This document shows positions 20,101-28,801 of a stretch of 64,000 nt of DNA, one piece after another. The DNA is from Candidatus Latescibacterota bacterium (lineage in GTDB: Bacteria; Krumholzibacteriota; Krumholzibacteriia; WVZY01; JAKEHA01). The DNA lies in assembly GCA_963736125.1 (NCBI GenBank), contig CAVTNQ010000002.1, positions 292,989 to 356,988 on the forward strand, given 5' to 3'. The notes beneath the pieces were generated by a model that did not search any database, had not been told where the DNA came from, and saw only the letters and a program-made list of their open reading frames with translations. Position 1 is the first letter of the stretch, and the number at the start of each line of letters is the position of its first letter. A program made the translations under genes and the position numbers.

Positions 20101-20707
20101 AACCAACTTCTCCATCAATCACACCATCGACCCGTACCATTTCGACGTCACCTCCACGAGTGCCACGTCGACCATCCGCATCGGCGGCACGCACCCGTTC
20201 GGGTCCTCGTCGAAGGTCGAGGTCAAGGAGCTGAACGTGACCGCGTCGCGCGACACCGCGAACGCGGACAACAAGAAGAACGGGGACTTCGCCTCGGGCG
20301 GGGTCGAATTTCGGCAGATCAACCAGGAAGGCGTCGAGGAACCGGTGGAACAGCAGGATCTCCAGCTCGAAGAGAAGCGCCAGCCGTGGAACGTCGTGCT
20401 GGGGCTGTCCTACTCGAGCAACGCGTCGGGTGCCACCAGCTCGACCTTGCGCGTGGGATGGGACGTCAAACTCACCGACAACTGGCGCATCGACTATTCG
20501 ACCATCTACGACGTCGAGGCGCGCGAGCGGTCGGGGCAGCACATCGGCGTCACGCGCGACCTCCATTGCTGGGAGATCGGGTTCTCGCGCCAGCAGCTCG
20601 GCACCGAGTGGCAGTATTACTTCCGCATCGCGCTCAAGGCCCACCCCGAGTTGTATGGCGAATCCGGCAACCGCGGCGTGGGGAGCGGTCTTATGGGGCA
20701 ATTCTAG
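17144..20707 (+). CDS. LptD-like outer-membrane protein (OstA family: N-terminal repeated OstA/LptA-like jellyroll plus large beta-barrel)
   Basis: Signal peptide; repeated OstA-type motifs (LTGNVRVVHGDVTITAD, VVGKDS...ADRVLY, LIVRGKHGLFY); long aromatic-rich C-terminal barrel ending in F; 1187 aa. Confidence 0.5.
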   Translation: MSRPKVFGVLAWFAALAWWGTFPLRAQIPTISPAVFYDVRADQSLLKKVGDETVLELTGNVRVVHGDVTITADRGLNYATQRLTQLFGHVRAVQQTLVMTGDEGEYRQLEDLAIVKKNVHIVDEGWQVTCDEVRYSRTQDEAWLIGHVVGKDSTSTMHADRVLYQRTIGRAEAFGKVEITDDKQNLIVRGKHGLFYRDRGEGVVDREPKLISGPDDPEPITVVSDTMRVFPDSSRATAYYRVKIIKGNTVTQCDSAMLYDDRHRVELYGHPLAQQDNVAMKGDRMVAFYNESEVHRIDILGSASITEAVRDSMVVGRDSWIQGDSITLYLHEGGVDSVRVRGKAKSEYFPKNPNKVEGNSIEGNNMFFKFGPKEIEFVDVKGGASGLYRYINLKRGETPDSLRAAGDTTLSYVAFPQKAERVEYAAERIRYFADKEDLVLDQKARVDYKNSRLEADNITYHASLQVLDASGSPTLTDAGQAIVGHQMDYDLDSGTGLVTEGSTSYGPGFYSGQDMAKVGENELKVWNSVYTTCDLKEPHYHFAAKHMKVYPDDKAFTGPIWLYIGKTPIFALPFMANSIARGRHSGFLRPNFEFGITSANGRYLSNLGYYWATNDYTDFTFAGDFYEDSRWRLYVGNRYALRYKFSGGVNYNYVRDIGDNTTEWTLDGIHDQTLGERFTLNASLRFVSSDAAPQSVNRIDDVQRYIDRSIRSTVALRKSWNTVGFSASASRTQNLNIVDPTAIVQTSTLPSVQLSIPSWNLYFGDESKPTEGLWQSLGRNTRVSPSLSFNRTVREKLFENDDVSAALAQASMQSPQKIGFVTISPSISANLTSTYVDYSREAYQYYRGSGSTIDTVSVTALDSTLTENVFTWRTGVGANTNIFGTFYPNLGRLHGIRHTLTPSVNYSYTPSQDGRPRSQAVGLNLRNAIDLKIAGNEADTTATDQEKMKRLSGVVIWNLSSAYRPDTPLARAWSPISSALNFVLFGTNFSINHTIDPYHFDVTSTSATSTIRIGGTHPFGSSSKVEVKELNVTASRDTANADNKKNGDFASGGVEFRQINQEGVEEPVEQQDLQLEEKRQPWNVVLGLSYSSNASGATSSTLRVGWDVKLTDNWRIDYSTIYDVEARERSGQHIGVTRDLHCWEIGFSRQQLGTEWQYYFRIALKAHPELYGESGNRGVGSGLMGQF

Positions 20708-20780
20708 GGTAGGGCGCGAGCCCCGCCGGGAGATATCCCCCGAAACCCGCGTGGGCACGCCACGAACATCGGAATATGTG

Positions 20781-20809
20781 TTGACACGTTTTTTTCGAGG
20801 TCGATAAAG
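20781..20809 (+). promoter_or_regulatory. Putative sigma-70-type promoter for the HU gene (TTGACA, 17-nt spacer, ATAAAG), followed by a strong SD GGAGG at about 20826
   Basis: A perfect TTGACA at 20781-20786 and an A/T-rich hexamer 17 nt downstream; the spacing fits, but the match to the -10 consensus is only partial. Confidence 0.35.
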
Positions 20810-20839
20810 TGCGCGTGAGAATGGGAAGGAGGTGACAGA

Positions 20840-21133
20840 ATGAACAAAACCGAATTGATCGAACGCGTAGCTCAGAAGACAGGGCTCACGATGAAAGATG
20901 CCAAGAACGTCGTCGACGCGATTTTCAGCACGCAGCCCAAGAACGGCATCATCGCCAACGAGCTCAAGTCGGGTCGCAAGGTTCAGATCACCGGCTTCGG
21001 GACATTCGTGATCCGTCGGCGCAAGAAGCGCGAGGGCAGGAACCCGCAGACGGGCGCGACCATCGAGATTCCAGCGACCAAGTTCCCAGCCTTCTCCGCG
21101 GGCCGTGCTCTGAAGGACCGCGTCAAGGTGTAG
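20840..21133 (+). CDS. hup: DNA-binding protein HU
   Basis: [12 protein letters not shown]...GFGTF...RNPQTG...IPA, the canonical HU/IHF fold; 97 aa. Confidence 0.9.
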   Translation: MNKTELIERVAQKTGLTMKDAKNVVDAIFSTQPKNGIIANELKSGRKVQITGFGTFVIRRRKKREGRNPQTGATIEIPATKFPAFSAGRALKDRVKV

Positions 21134-21158
21134 GGACCCGGCAGTTAGAGAACTGCTC

Positions 21159-21198
21159 GGCAGGCGGAGCGCGAAACAGCGCCCCGCCTGCTTTTTTG
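21159..21198 (+). terminator. Rho-independent terminator after the HU gene
   Basis: GCAGGCGG ... CCGCCTGC GC-rich hairpin followed by TTTTTTG. Confidence 0.7.
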
Positions 21199-21365
21199 TT
21201 GCCCGTCCGCGGGGCGTCGCATCGGGGTCTCCGTCCACCACTCTGCGCGCAATGGTGAATTCCTACGCGCTTTCCGAGTGAGTTCCCGTCGACCCCCGAT
21301 GCAACGCCCATCGCGGCAAGCTGCCGGGACGGGCTTCGACGGAATGGTGTATATTCAACCTCGTT

Positions 21366-22826
21366 ATGCGCCTACGGAACGGCATCGCAATCGGGTTGGC
21401 GGCCCTCTTCGGGCTGGGAGCCGCCCAGGCCCCCCCGTCGGGCGAGGCGCCCAAGCCCGCCACCTCCGTCGTCATCCCCAACGCCCCCTGGAATCCCGAC
21501 CTTCGCCTGCTCTACGAGAGCGACACCCGCGCCTACTACCGTCCTTGCGGATGCAGTGCCAACTCGGCGGGCGGTCTTTCGCGACGCGCGGCGCTTTTGA
21601 ATGATTTGCGCGCGCAATCGGCGCCGGTCGTCTTGTGCACCGCGGGCGATTTCTACGGCACCGCCGACATCTACAACGAGGCCAAGTCGCACTTCGTCGC
21701 GCGCATGATGGACGTGCTCGACTACGACGCCGTCGGGGTGGGCGAGATGGACTTGAACTTCGGCCTGGCGGCACTGGTTGCCGACGTGCGTGCGCTTCGA
21801 CTTCCGGTCGTGTGCGCCAACTTGAACGTCAAGGCCGATTCGCTGCGCGTGCGCAGCGGCGGCCCGGCCGCGGCCGCGGCCGATCGACTCGGCTCGGCTT
21901 TTCCTCCCTACGTCGTCGTCACCAAGGCCGGCTCGCGCTTCGGCTTCTTGGGGTTGATATCGCCGGCCACGCGCGTGAAACCGGTCGCGAAGAAGAACGC
22001 CCCCGTCGAAGCCGTCACGTTTTCATTCGCCGACCCGATCGAAGTCGCGAAGGCGGTGGTTCCCGAGTTGCGCAAGTCGTGCGACGTGCTCGTCGTCCTG
22101 GCGCACATGGGCGAGGACGAAGCGACCGCACTCGTGCAGGCGGTGCCGGGCATCGACCTGGTGGTTCTCGGACACGACCCGCAGGGACGGCCCCTGGGCC
22201 AGCCGGAGAAGGTCGGCACGGCGTCGCTGCTTCGCGGTACCGCGCAGGGCCAGAACATCGGCGAGCTCAACGTCAAGCTGGGCGCCGACCACCGCATCGC
22301 CGACTCGTTCAATGTCATTCATATCATGGACGAGTCGTACCGCGACGATCCCGAGATGACCAAGCGCGTGCAGGGCTTCGACGAAGAGAACCGCAAGAAC
22401 CAGAAGGCGCTCTTCGCGCGTCAGGAAATGCAGAACGACGAAGCGGGCCGGCCCTTCGCCGGGAATTACCTCGGCGTCGGCGCGTGCCAGTCGTGTCACG
22501 CGGAAGCGTTCAATGTCTACACGCATACGCGCCATGCGCACGCCTACTCGACCTTGGCGTCGCAGTTCGTCCATCGCGACACCAACTGTGTCGGCTGCCA
22601 CGTGACCGGCTACGGCGAGGCGGGCGGTTTCGAGGGTGTCCGCTTGCGCGGTGCCAGCGTCGACTTGATCGACGTCCAGTGCGAAGCCTGCCACGGCCCC
22701 GGCGCCAACCACGCGCGCGACGGCTCCTACAAGGCGGCGGCACTCCAGAGTTGTGTCAAGTGCCACACGTCCAACGACGACCCCGATTTCGATTTTGCAA
22801 CCGACTGGCCCAAGATTGCGCACTAG
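21366..22826 (+). CDS. Secreted fusion protein: degenerate metallophosphatase/5'-nucleotidase-like N-domain plus C-terminal tetraheme cytochrome c (cytochrome c554-like)
   Basis: Signal peptide; the N-domain resembles the calcineurin-like phosphoesterase fold but has substituted metal ligands (AGDFYG, GEMDLNFG); the C-terminus carries four CxxCH heme-binding motifs (CQSCH, CVGCH, CEACH, CVKCH). Confidence 0.65.
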   Translation: MRLRNGIAIGLAALFGLGAAQAPPSGEAPKPATSVVIPNAPWNPDLRLLYESDTRAYYRPCGCSANSAGGLSRRAALLNDLRAQSAPVVLCTAGDFYGTADIYNEAKSHFVARMMDVLDYDAVGVGEMDLNFGLAALVADVRALRLPVVCANLNVKADSLRVRSGGPAAAAADRLGSAFPPYVVVTKAGSRFGFLGLISPATRVKPVAKKNAPVEAVTFSFADPIEVAKAVVPELRKSCDVLVVLAHMGEDEATALVQAVPGIDLVVLGHDPQGRPLGQPEKVGTASLLRGTAQGQNIGELNVKLGADHRIADSFNVIHIMDESYRDDPEMTKRVQGFDEENRKNQKALFARQEMQNDEAGRPFAGNYLGVGACQSCHAEAFNVYTHTRHAHAYSTLASQFVHRDTNCVGCHVTGYGEAGGFEGVRLRGASVDLIDVQCEACHGPGANHARDGSYKAAALQSCVKCHTSNDDPDFDFATDWPKIAH

Positions 22827-23595
22827 GCTCGTCCTCGGCGTTCTCGCCGCGCTATCGATGGGGTCGACCCAAGCGCGCGGCGCCGACGCCGGGTCGGTAC
22901 TCCTACCCGGCATCGACATCCGCACCATCGACTTCAAGGTGGGGGCGTGGTGCCGGTATGTCGTCGTCGACGAGGCGATGGACGTCGTCGACTCGAGCGG
23001 GGTCTACATCGCCGTGGTCGGCAAGGAGAAGACGCCGCGCGGGACCGCCTACTGGCTGGAGATCGAGAGCGGGCCGTTGTCGTCCGCCCCGGCCGACCGC
23101 GACGTGGCCCGGACCCTGGTCGACGAGGGGGTCCGGACCATGGCCGACGGCGACTCGCTTTACCGGTATGTGAGTCGGTATTACATTAGGAGGGGCCGCG
23201 AACCGGTCGAACCCGGCGACGTCCACGACTTGATGCGGCTTACGATCGTTTCCCCCACTTCCGATCGCGATTGGGTCGTCACCCCACGGACCACCGTCTC
23301 GACTCCGGCCGGCAAGCTTCTATGCGAGTCGCGCCGCTTCGAGAAGACCGAGAGCAACGAAATCCCGTCGGGGCGCGTAAAGATCGTGCAACGACGGACC
23401 GACCGCGTCGAAGTATGGACCTCGAGCGCGGTCCCCGTTTTCCACCTGGCCCGATGCGTGGTGGAACGCGAGCGCGAGTCCAAGACGGTACCGGCCGTGC
23501 GCGGCATCCCCGACTCGGGCTCGCGGCGGTCACGGACGACTAGCGTCGTCGTCGCCTACGGTATGGGCGCGAAGTCGCTCGTCTCGTCCCCCTGA
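22816..23595 (+). CDS. Hypothetical secreted protein (signal peptide), overlapping the end of the cytochrome gene
   Basis: TTG start inside the cytochrome stop region; N-terminal LVLGVLAALSMGSTQA signal peptide; no recognisable domain. Confidence 0.4.
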   Translation: MRTRLVLGVLAALSMGSTQARGADAGSVLLPGIDIRTIDFKVGAWCRYVVVDEAMDVVDSSGVYIAVVGKEKTPRGTAYWLEIESGPLSSAPADRDVARTLVDEGVRTMADGDSLYRYVSRYYIRRGREPVEPGDVHDLMRLTIVSPTSDRDWVVTPRTTVSTPAGKLLCESRRFEKTESNEIPSGRVKIVQRRTDRVEVWTSSAVPVFHLARCVVERERESKTVPAVRGIPDSGSRRSRTTSVVVAYGMGAKSLVSSP

Positions 23596-23633
23596 ATCTA
23601 GACGGCGAGCTTCTCCAACGCGGAGTTCTATCG

Positions 23634-26003
23634 ATGCGCCTCTCCTCGCGATGGCTTTCCGGCGTGGTCGTGGTAGCGAGCCTGTGCGTCGGTGCCGCCG
23701 AACGCGCCGCCGCGGACGACGTGCAGCTCTTTTCGATGCGGCCGGCGGTGTCCTTGGCCGGTGCGGAGCGCACGTACTGGATCGGAAGCGGTGCGTCCGA
23801 CGAAGAAGCGCTGGCCCTGCGCGACGCCTTGGTCGCAGCCGGTGCGCGCAACGTCAACCTCTTCGTGCCCGACATGGTCATCGTGTGCGACGTCCCGCCG
23901 TCGGTGGCGAGCGACGTCGCGCGCGTCGCGACGACGACGGCGTTTCGGTCGTACAGCGAACGCGCCGTGCGGGCCACCAGCGGCGCCGGTGCCTCGTGGG
24001 GATGGATCGTCGACGCCTACGCACTTGCCGAGCTCGACCCGCTCGACGAAGGCGGCGACGCTCCGGCAGCGAGCGGAAACGACGCGGATTCGTTCCACGA
24101 CGTCGTGCTCACCATCGACCCGGATCGCGTCGAGGCGATCCAGCGCGAGATCGAGACCGCTCGCCGTCTCGACGTCAACGCCACGCGCCCGCCCATCACA
24201 CGCCGCATCAATCAGAACTCCGAGTTTCTCGGCGGCTACATCCTGGCCAGCTTCATCTTCCCTGAAAGCAACAGCGCGCGCGAGCTGAGCTACGAGGATT
24301 GGACCGACGACGACCTGACTGCCGCGCGGGCGGGCGGTGCCGCGGCCATGATTTCGTGGCAGCGATTCGCCCAGATGAATATCAACTACGTGCTCAGCTT
24401 CTACCCGCTTATCCCGACCGGCTACGAGCCCATCACGCACGACATGAACAGCGACGAGTTGTGGATCGTCGACACGATGCACGCGATGGGGTGGGGACTG
24501 TTTTCGGACAACTCGCAGGGCATCGTGCACGAATTCAACGAGAGCGAGCGCGCGCACTGGCGCACCCAGTGGGCAGTCACGTCGTTCATCGCGAACAGCC
24601 GCAACACGCAGGACCATCGTTTCAAGAGCGGTTTGGCGAACTACACCGCGTATGCGTTCCTGGGCGGCCCGTACATGGTGGAGCCGTTTCCGGCCGGCAC
24701 CGACCCCAACCTGATCGGCGAGGACCTCGTGTACTCGCAGATCGTGAACCACGAAGTCGGCCACCTGTTCTGGACGCTGGACGAGTATCCGGGCTCCCCG
24801 GGTGTATGTACCAACCACTCCGGCTATCTCAACGTCCCCAATGGTAATCAAACCATGACCGATCCGAGCGGCGCGCAAGGGCGTTGCGAGCCCCTGACCC
24901 CGTGCATCATGCACACGGCCACGCGCTTCAACCAGGCACGCCCGTGGTGCCAGTACTCCAAGATGCACTTGGGTGTGGGCGACGATAACGGCAATGGGCT
25001 GCCCGACATTTTCGAAGCCGAGCCGGAGATCACGTTTTCGCCCGCGGGACCCGAGACGCTCACCACCAACACCTACACGCTCCGCTTCCACGTCAAGGCG
25101 CACGCGGTGCCCAACCAGAATCCCTATCAAGGATCCGATCAACGGGTGAGCTACGCCTTGCCGCTCGACGGGGCCAAGCTGGTGCTGGGCTCGCTCACGA
25201 TCAACCTCGATGCCCTCGACGGGCACTGGGACGGGCTCGAAGAAGACTGCGAGTTCACCGTGGGCTTGTCGCAGGTGGGGCAAGTGGCGTTCATCGTGCA
25301 GGCGTACAACGAGGTCAATTTCAAGTCGACGCCCGCCATCAAGACGGTCTATTTCGCCGGCGTGCGCTACGACCGGGTGGTAGCGCTCCCGAAGTGGAAT
25401 CGCATCGACGTCGCGTGGGAGACCACGGGCGAGACCTTCGGCGCCAAGTTCGACGTGTATCGCCTCGAGCGCGGGCAAGCCATGCCCGGGACGCTGGTGG
25501 CGCAGAACGTCTACCCGTACGCGACGAGCTCGCAAGGTCAGCCGATGTATCAGGTGCACGACTTCAACGTGACGGCGGGGACCGATTATCGCTACTACAT
25601 CGACGGCGTGTTCGATCTCCCCTTCGATGGCGGAACCAAGCAGTACTCGTCGCCATCGGAAATCGTGGGACAAACCGCGATGATCCAAGTGGTCGACGTG
25701 GTGTCCAACTTGGCTCCCAATCCGACGCGAGGGACGGTGACGTTTTCGGTCGCGGTGCCGAAGTCGTTCGACCAAACGCCGCGGGGGCCGTCGCGCATTC
25801 CGACCGACGTCGACATCCGCGTGTACAACGTGCGCGGGCAACTGATGCGCACGTTGAAGCGCTCGGGCGAGTTGAACAGTGTCGTGACGATGCGTTGGGA
25901 CGGCACCACGCAGGACGGCGACCCCGTGCCCTCGGGCGTCTATTTCCTCCGCGTCAAAGCCGGCGACACCGAATCGGTCCGCAAGATCGTGCTGCTGCGC
26001 TGA
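23634..26003 (+). CDS. Secreted zinc metalloprotease (HExxH) with a T9SS/FlgD-like C-terminal sorting domain
   Basis: Signal peptide; HEVGHLFWTLDEY zinc-binding motif; the C-terminal about 80 aa match the Por_Secre_tail/FlgD-Ig pattern (NPTRG..., VYNVRGQLMRTL, WDGTTQDGDPVPSGVYFLRVKAGD...KIVLLR). Confidence 0.65.
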   Translation: MRLSSRWLSGVVVVASLCVGAAERAAADDVQLFSMRPAVSLAGAERTYWIGSGASDEEALALRDALVAAGARNVNLFVPDMVIVCDVPPSVASDVARVATTTAFRSYSERAVRATSGAGASWGWIVDAYALAELDPLDEGGDAPAASGNDADSFHDVVLTIDPDRVEAIQREIETARRLDVNATRPPITRRINQNSEFLGGYILASFIFPESNSARELSYEDWTDDDLTAARAGGAAAMISWQRFAQMNINYVLSFYPLIPTGYEPITHDMNSDELWIVDTMHAMGWGLFSDNSQGIVHEFNESERAHWRTQWAVTSFIANSRNTQDHRFKSGLANYTAYAFLGGPYMVEPFPAGTDPNLIGEDLVYSQIVNHEVGHLFWTLDEYPGSPGVCTNHSGYLNVPNGNQTMTDPSGAQGRCEPLTPCIMHTATRFNQARPWCQYSKMHLGVGDDNGNGLPDIFEAEPEITFSPAGPETLTTNTYTLRFHVKAHAVPNQNPYQGSDQRVSYALPLDGAKLVLGSLTINLDALDGHWDGLEEDCEFTVGLSQVGQVAFIVQAYNEVNFKSTPAIKTVYFAGVRYDRVVALPKWNRIDVAWETTGETFGAKFDVYRLERGQAMPGTLVAQNVYPYATSSQGQPMYQVHDFNVTAGTDYRYYIDGVFDLPFDGGTKQYSSPSEIVGQTAMIQVVDVVSNLAPNPTRGTVTFSVAVPKSFDQTPRGPSRIPTDVDIRVYNVRGQLMRTLKRSGELNSVVTMRWDGTTQDGDPVPSGVYFLRVKAGDTESVRKIVLLR

Positions 26004-26163
26004 CAAGGCGTCGCCGCGCGGTGCGCCGCGTTTGCGTTGGCCCTACCAATGTGATATACCGAAGCCTGCGGACACGCTAGCGACGCGCGTCCCGACACTC
26101 TTCTCGCGAACTACCCGACGATCCAAGGAGGAAGGCGCGACCCGGTTGCGCCAAAACGACCGC

Positions 26164-27162
26164 ATGAGCGACCGACTACGCCGCGTCAAATACGCCGACT
26201 CCGTTCTCGACACCATCGGCAACACGCCACTCGTCAAATTGAACCGCGTCACCGCCGGTGTGAAGTGCACAGTGCTCGCGAAGCTCGAACAATTCAATCC
26301 CGGCGGGAGTGTCAAGGATCGCATCGGGGTCCAGATGATTCGCGCCGAAGAGGCGAAAGGAACGCTCAAACCCGGCGGGACCATCGTCGAGTGCACGTCG
26401 GGCAATACCGGCCTGGGGCTCGCACTGGCGGCGTCGATCCTGGGATACAAATGCGTGTTCACGATGCCCGACAAAGTACCCCTCGAAAAGGAGTACATGC
26501 TCAAGGCATACGGCGCCGAAGTGATTCGTTGCCCGACCAACGTGGCACCGGAGTCGCCGGAAAGCTACTACTCGGTAGCGAAGCGCCTGGTGCAAGAGCG
26601 ACCGGGTGCCGTTCTCGGCAACCAGTACCACAACCCCATGAACCCGGAAGCGCACTACCGGACGACGGGTCCCGAGATCTGGAAGGACACGCAAGGCGAG
26701 ATCGACTATTTCGTCGCGGGTGTGGGAACGGGCGGGACCATCAGCGGCACCGCGCGCTATCTCAAGGAACAGAACCCGAAGGTGAAGGTGGTCGGCGCCG
26801 ACCCCGTCGGCAGTTTGTTGACACATTATTTCTATACCAAGGAACTGATCGAGGCGCACCAGTACCTGGTCGACGGCATCGGCGAAGATTTCGTGCCGAG
26901 CACCTGCCAGTTCCAATACGTCGACGACATGATCCAAGTCGGCGACCGCGATTCGCTCATCATGACGCGGCGGCTCGCGCGCGAGGAAGGTCTCCTGGTG
27001 GGCAGCTCGTCGGGCGCGGCCCTGGTCGCAGCACTGCAGGTAGCGCGCGACCTCGACGCCGACAAGATCATGGTGGTGCTGATCCCCGACACCGGTGAGC
27101 GCTACTTGAGCAAGGTGCATTCGGAGCCGTGGCTCGCGCAGCACGGGCTCGCGGGGATCTAG
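26164..27162 (+). CDS. PLP-dependent cysteine synthase / cystathionine beta-synthase-like enzyme (no CBS-pair domain)
   Basis: TIGNTPLVKLNR and the lysine-loop region; GNTG; GVGTGGTISG motifs of fold-type II PLP enzymes (CysK/CBS); ATG at 26164 within the longer ORF. Confidence 0.75.
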   Translation: MSDRLRRVKYADSVLDTIGNTPLVKLNRVTAGVKCTVLAKLEQFNPGGSVKDRIGVQMIRAEEAKGTLKPGGTIVECTSGNTGLGLALAASILGYKCVFTMPDKVPLEKEYMLKAYGAEVIRCPTNVAPESPESYYSVAKRLVQERPGAVLGNQYHNPMNPEAHYRTTGPEIWKDTQGEIDYFVAGVGTGGTISGTARYLKEQNPKVKVVGADPVGSLLTHYFYTKELIEAHQYLVDGIGEDFVPSTCQFQYVDDMIQVGDRDSLIMTRRLAREEGLLVGSSSGAALVAALQVARDLDADKIMVVLIPDTGERYLSKVHSEPWLAQHGLAGI

Positions 27163-27190
27163 TAACTTCGAGAAAACGCATAGGAGAAAT

Positions 27191-28324
27191 ATGGGCTTCT
27201 ACACGGATTGCATCCACGCCGGACAGTCATCGGACGACAAGACCGGTGCGGTCATCACGCCGATCTTTCAGACCTCGACCTACCAGCAGGACGGCATCGG
27301 CAAGCACCGCGGCTACGAATACGGGCGCACCCAGAATCCCACGCGCGAAGCACTCGAGCGCAACGTCGCCGCCCTCGAAGGCGGCAAGCACGGGCTCGCG
27401 TATTCGTCCGGGATGGCGGCCACCGACACGATTCTGCGCCTGTTCGGTCCGGGCGACGAAATCGTCGTCACCCACAACGTGTACGGCGGTACGTACCGAC
27501 TGTTCGAAATGGTACTGAAGCAGTACGGGCTCGTGTTTCGGTTCGTCGACACGGCCGAATTGCACGAAGTCGAGCGAGCGCTCTCACCCAAGACCAAGCT
27601 CGTCTATCTCGAATCGCCCACCAACCCGATGCTGCGTGTCACCGACATTCGCAAGGTGGCGGATAGAGCGCACGCGGTCGGCGCGCGCGTGTGCGTCGAC
27701 AACACCTTCATGAGCCCGTACCTGCAAACGCCGCTCGCACTGGGCGCGGACTTGGTGGTGCACAGCACGACCAAGTTCCTGAACGGGCACAGCGACATGG
27801 TGGGCGGCATCGTCATCGTGAACGACGACGCCACGGCACAGCGCCTGCGCTTCCTGCAGAACGCGGTCGGTGCGGTGCCCGGTCCGATGGACTGCTTCCT
27901 GGCGCTGCGCGGGACCAAGACCCTCGCGGTCCGCATGCGCCAGCACGAGGAGAATGCGCGCGTCTTGGCGCAGTTTCTCGCGGGTCACAAGGGTGCGAAG
28001 ACCGTCAACTATCCGGGTCTACCCGATCATCCGCAGCACGAGCTCGCGACGCGACAGGCGCGCGGATTCGGTGCGATCATTTCGTTCGACCTCGGCTCGC
28101 TCGAGCGCGCCGACCACGTGCTGCGTTCCGTGAAGTTGTTTACGCTCGCCGAGAGCTTGGGCGGTGTGGAAAGTTTGATCAGCCATCCGGCGTCGATGAC
28201 GCACGGCAGCGTGCCCGAAGCGGACAAGCTCAAGCTCGGTGTCACACCGGGACTCGTCCGCATCTCCGTCGGCATCGAAGACGTCGAAGATCTGCAATCC
28301 GACCTCGATCGCGCAATGCGTTGA
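27191..28324 (+). CDS. Cystathionine gamma-synthase / gamma-lyase (Cys/Met metabolism PLP-dependent enzyme)
   Basis: IHAGQ...TPIFQTSTY N-terminus, the SxTKFLxGH PLP-lysine motif and the GGVESLI region typical of the MetB/MetC/CGL family. Confidence 0.8.
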   Translation: MGFYTDCIHAGQSSDDKTGAVITPIFQTSTYQQDGIGKHRGYEYGRTQNPTREALERNVAALEGGKHGLAYSSGMAATDTILRLFGPGDEIVVTHNVYGGTYRLFEMVLKQYGLVFRFVDTAELHEVERALSPKTKLVYLESPTNPMLRVTDIRKVADRAHAVGARVCVDNTFMSPYLQTPLALGADLVVHSTTKFLNGHSDMVGGIVIVNDDATAQRLRFLQNAVGAVPGPMDCFLALRGTKTLAVRMRQHEENARVLAQFLAGHKGAKTVNYPGLPDHPQHELATRQARGFGAIISFDLGSLERADHVLRSVKLFTLAESLGGVESLISHPASMTHGSVPEADKLKLGVTPGLVRISVGIEDVEDLQSDLDRAMR

Positions 28325-28325
28325 T

Positions 28326-28365
28326 CGCGTCGCGTCGACGCGCGTCGCATCGTTTCTTCTCGCAT
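28326..28365 (+). terminator. Possible intrinsic terminator after the cystathionine gamma-synthase gene
   Basis: Perfect 12-nt palindrome CGCGTCGACGCG followed by the T-rich stretch GTTTCTTCT. Confidence 0.3.
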
Positions 28366-28615
28366 CTGCACGCGCCGACTTGCGCGATGTGCGCATCGCG
28401 GATATATTCTATGCGTCGATGTTGCCGCACGACGATTCTTGGGCGCATGAGCGCTGACTCTTCCGCAGTTTTTTCTTGACGGCCTCTTGTGGCTTCCTCT
28501 AGGGTGGCCGCAAGATATTGTACCCTGGGCGCGTCAGGACACAGCATCCTGTGTATCCCGGCCATTACGAACGGTTTAGGCGGATGCCTGGTTTTTTCAC
28601 CTCAACGCGGAGGAG

Positions 28616-28801
28616 TTGGGTATGGAAAAGCGGGACAAGAGCGGGGTGCTCATGAAGGACAAAGAGTACGTCAAATACGTACAGCTCCTGCGGAAAGCGG
28701 AACGCGACGGGCGGATAGACGGCTATCCGTGTCCGTTATGCGGATCGCGGTATGTGACGAATGAAGACGCGGAGGATTGCTGCCGCGTCATTATCTCCTG
28801 A
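28616..28801 (+). CDS. Small Cys-rich zinc-ribbon protein (hypothetical), lower GC
   Basis: 61 aa; the CPLCG...EDCC zinc-ribbon-like cysteine pairs; a good SD (GGAGGAG) 9 nt upstream; local GC is clearly lower than the surroundings. Confidence 0.4.
   Translation: MGMEKRDKSGVLMKDKEYVKYVQLLRKAERDGRIDGYPCPLCGSRYVTNEDAEDCCRVIIS

Noticed and set aside
17237-21241. A 1334-aa minus-strand ORF, plus other long antisense ORFs (842..2347, 3468..4865, 5031..6608, 8172..9728, 23628..26006, 34925..35854, 36163..37971, 48631..50025)
   Set aside because: All lie antisense to strongly supported + strand genes. They are Arg/Ala/Gly-rich low-complexity translations with no recognisable motifs, the typical open-frame artefacts of about 68% GC DNA.
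21635-23173. A 512-aa + strand ORF overlapping the cytochrome gene in another frame
   Set aside because: It is an Arg/Gly-rich low-complexity translation fully contained within two better-supported genes, 21366..22826 and 22816..23595, and has no motifs.
26004-26163. Possible S-box/SAM riboswitch or T-box leader upstream of the cysteine synthase-like gene
   Set aside because: The gap is about 160 nt with a short terminator-like hairpin (CGCGG-TGCG-CCGCG-TTTG) that probably belongs to the upstream protease gene. No conserved SAM-I core elements or specifier/T-box motif are present.
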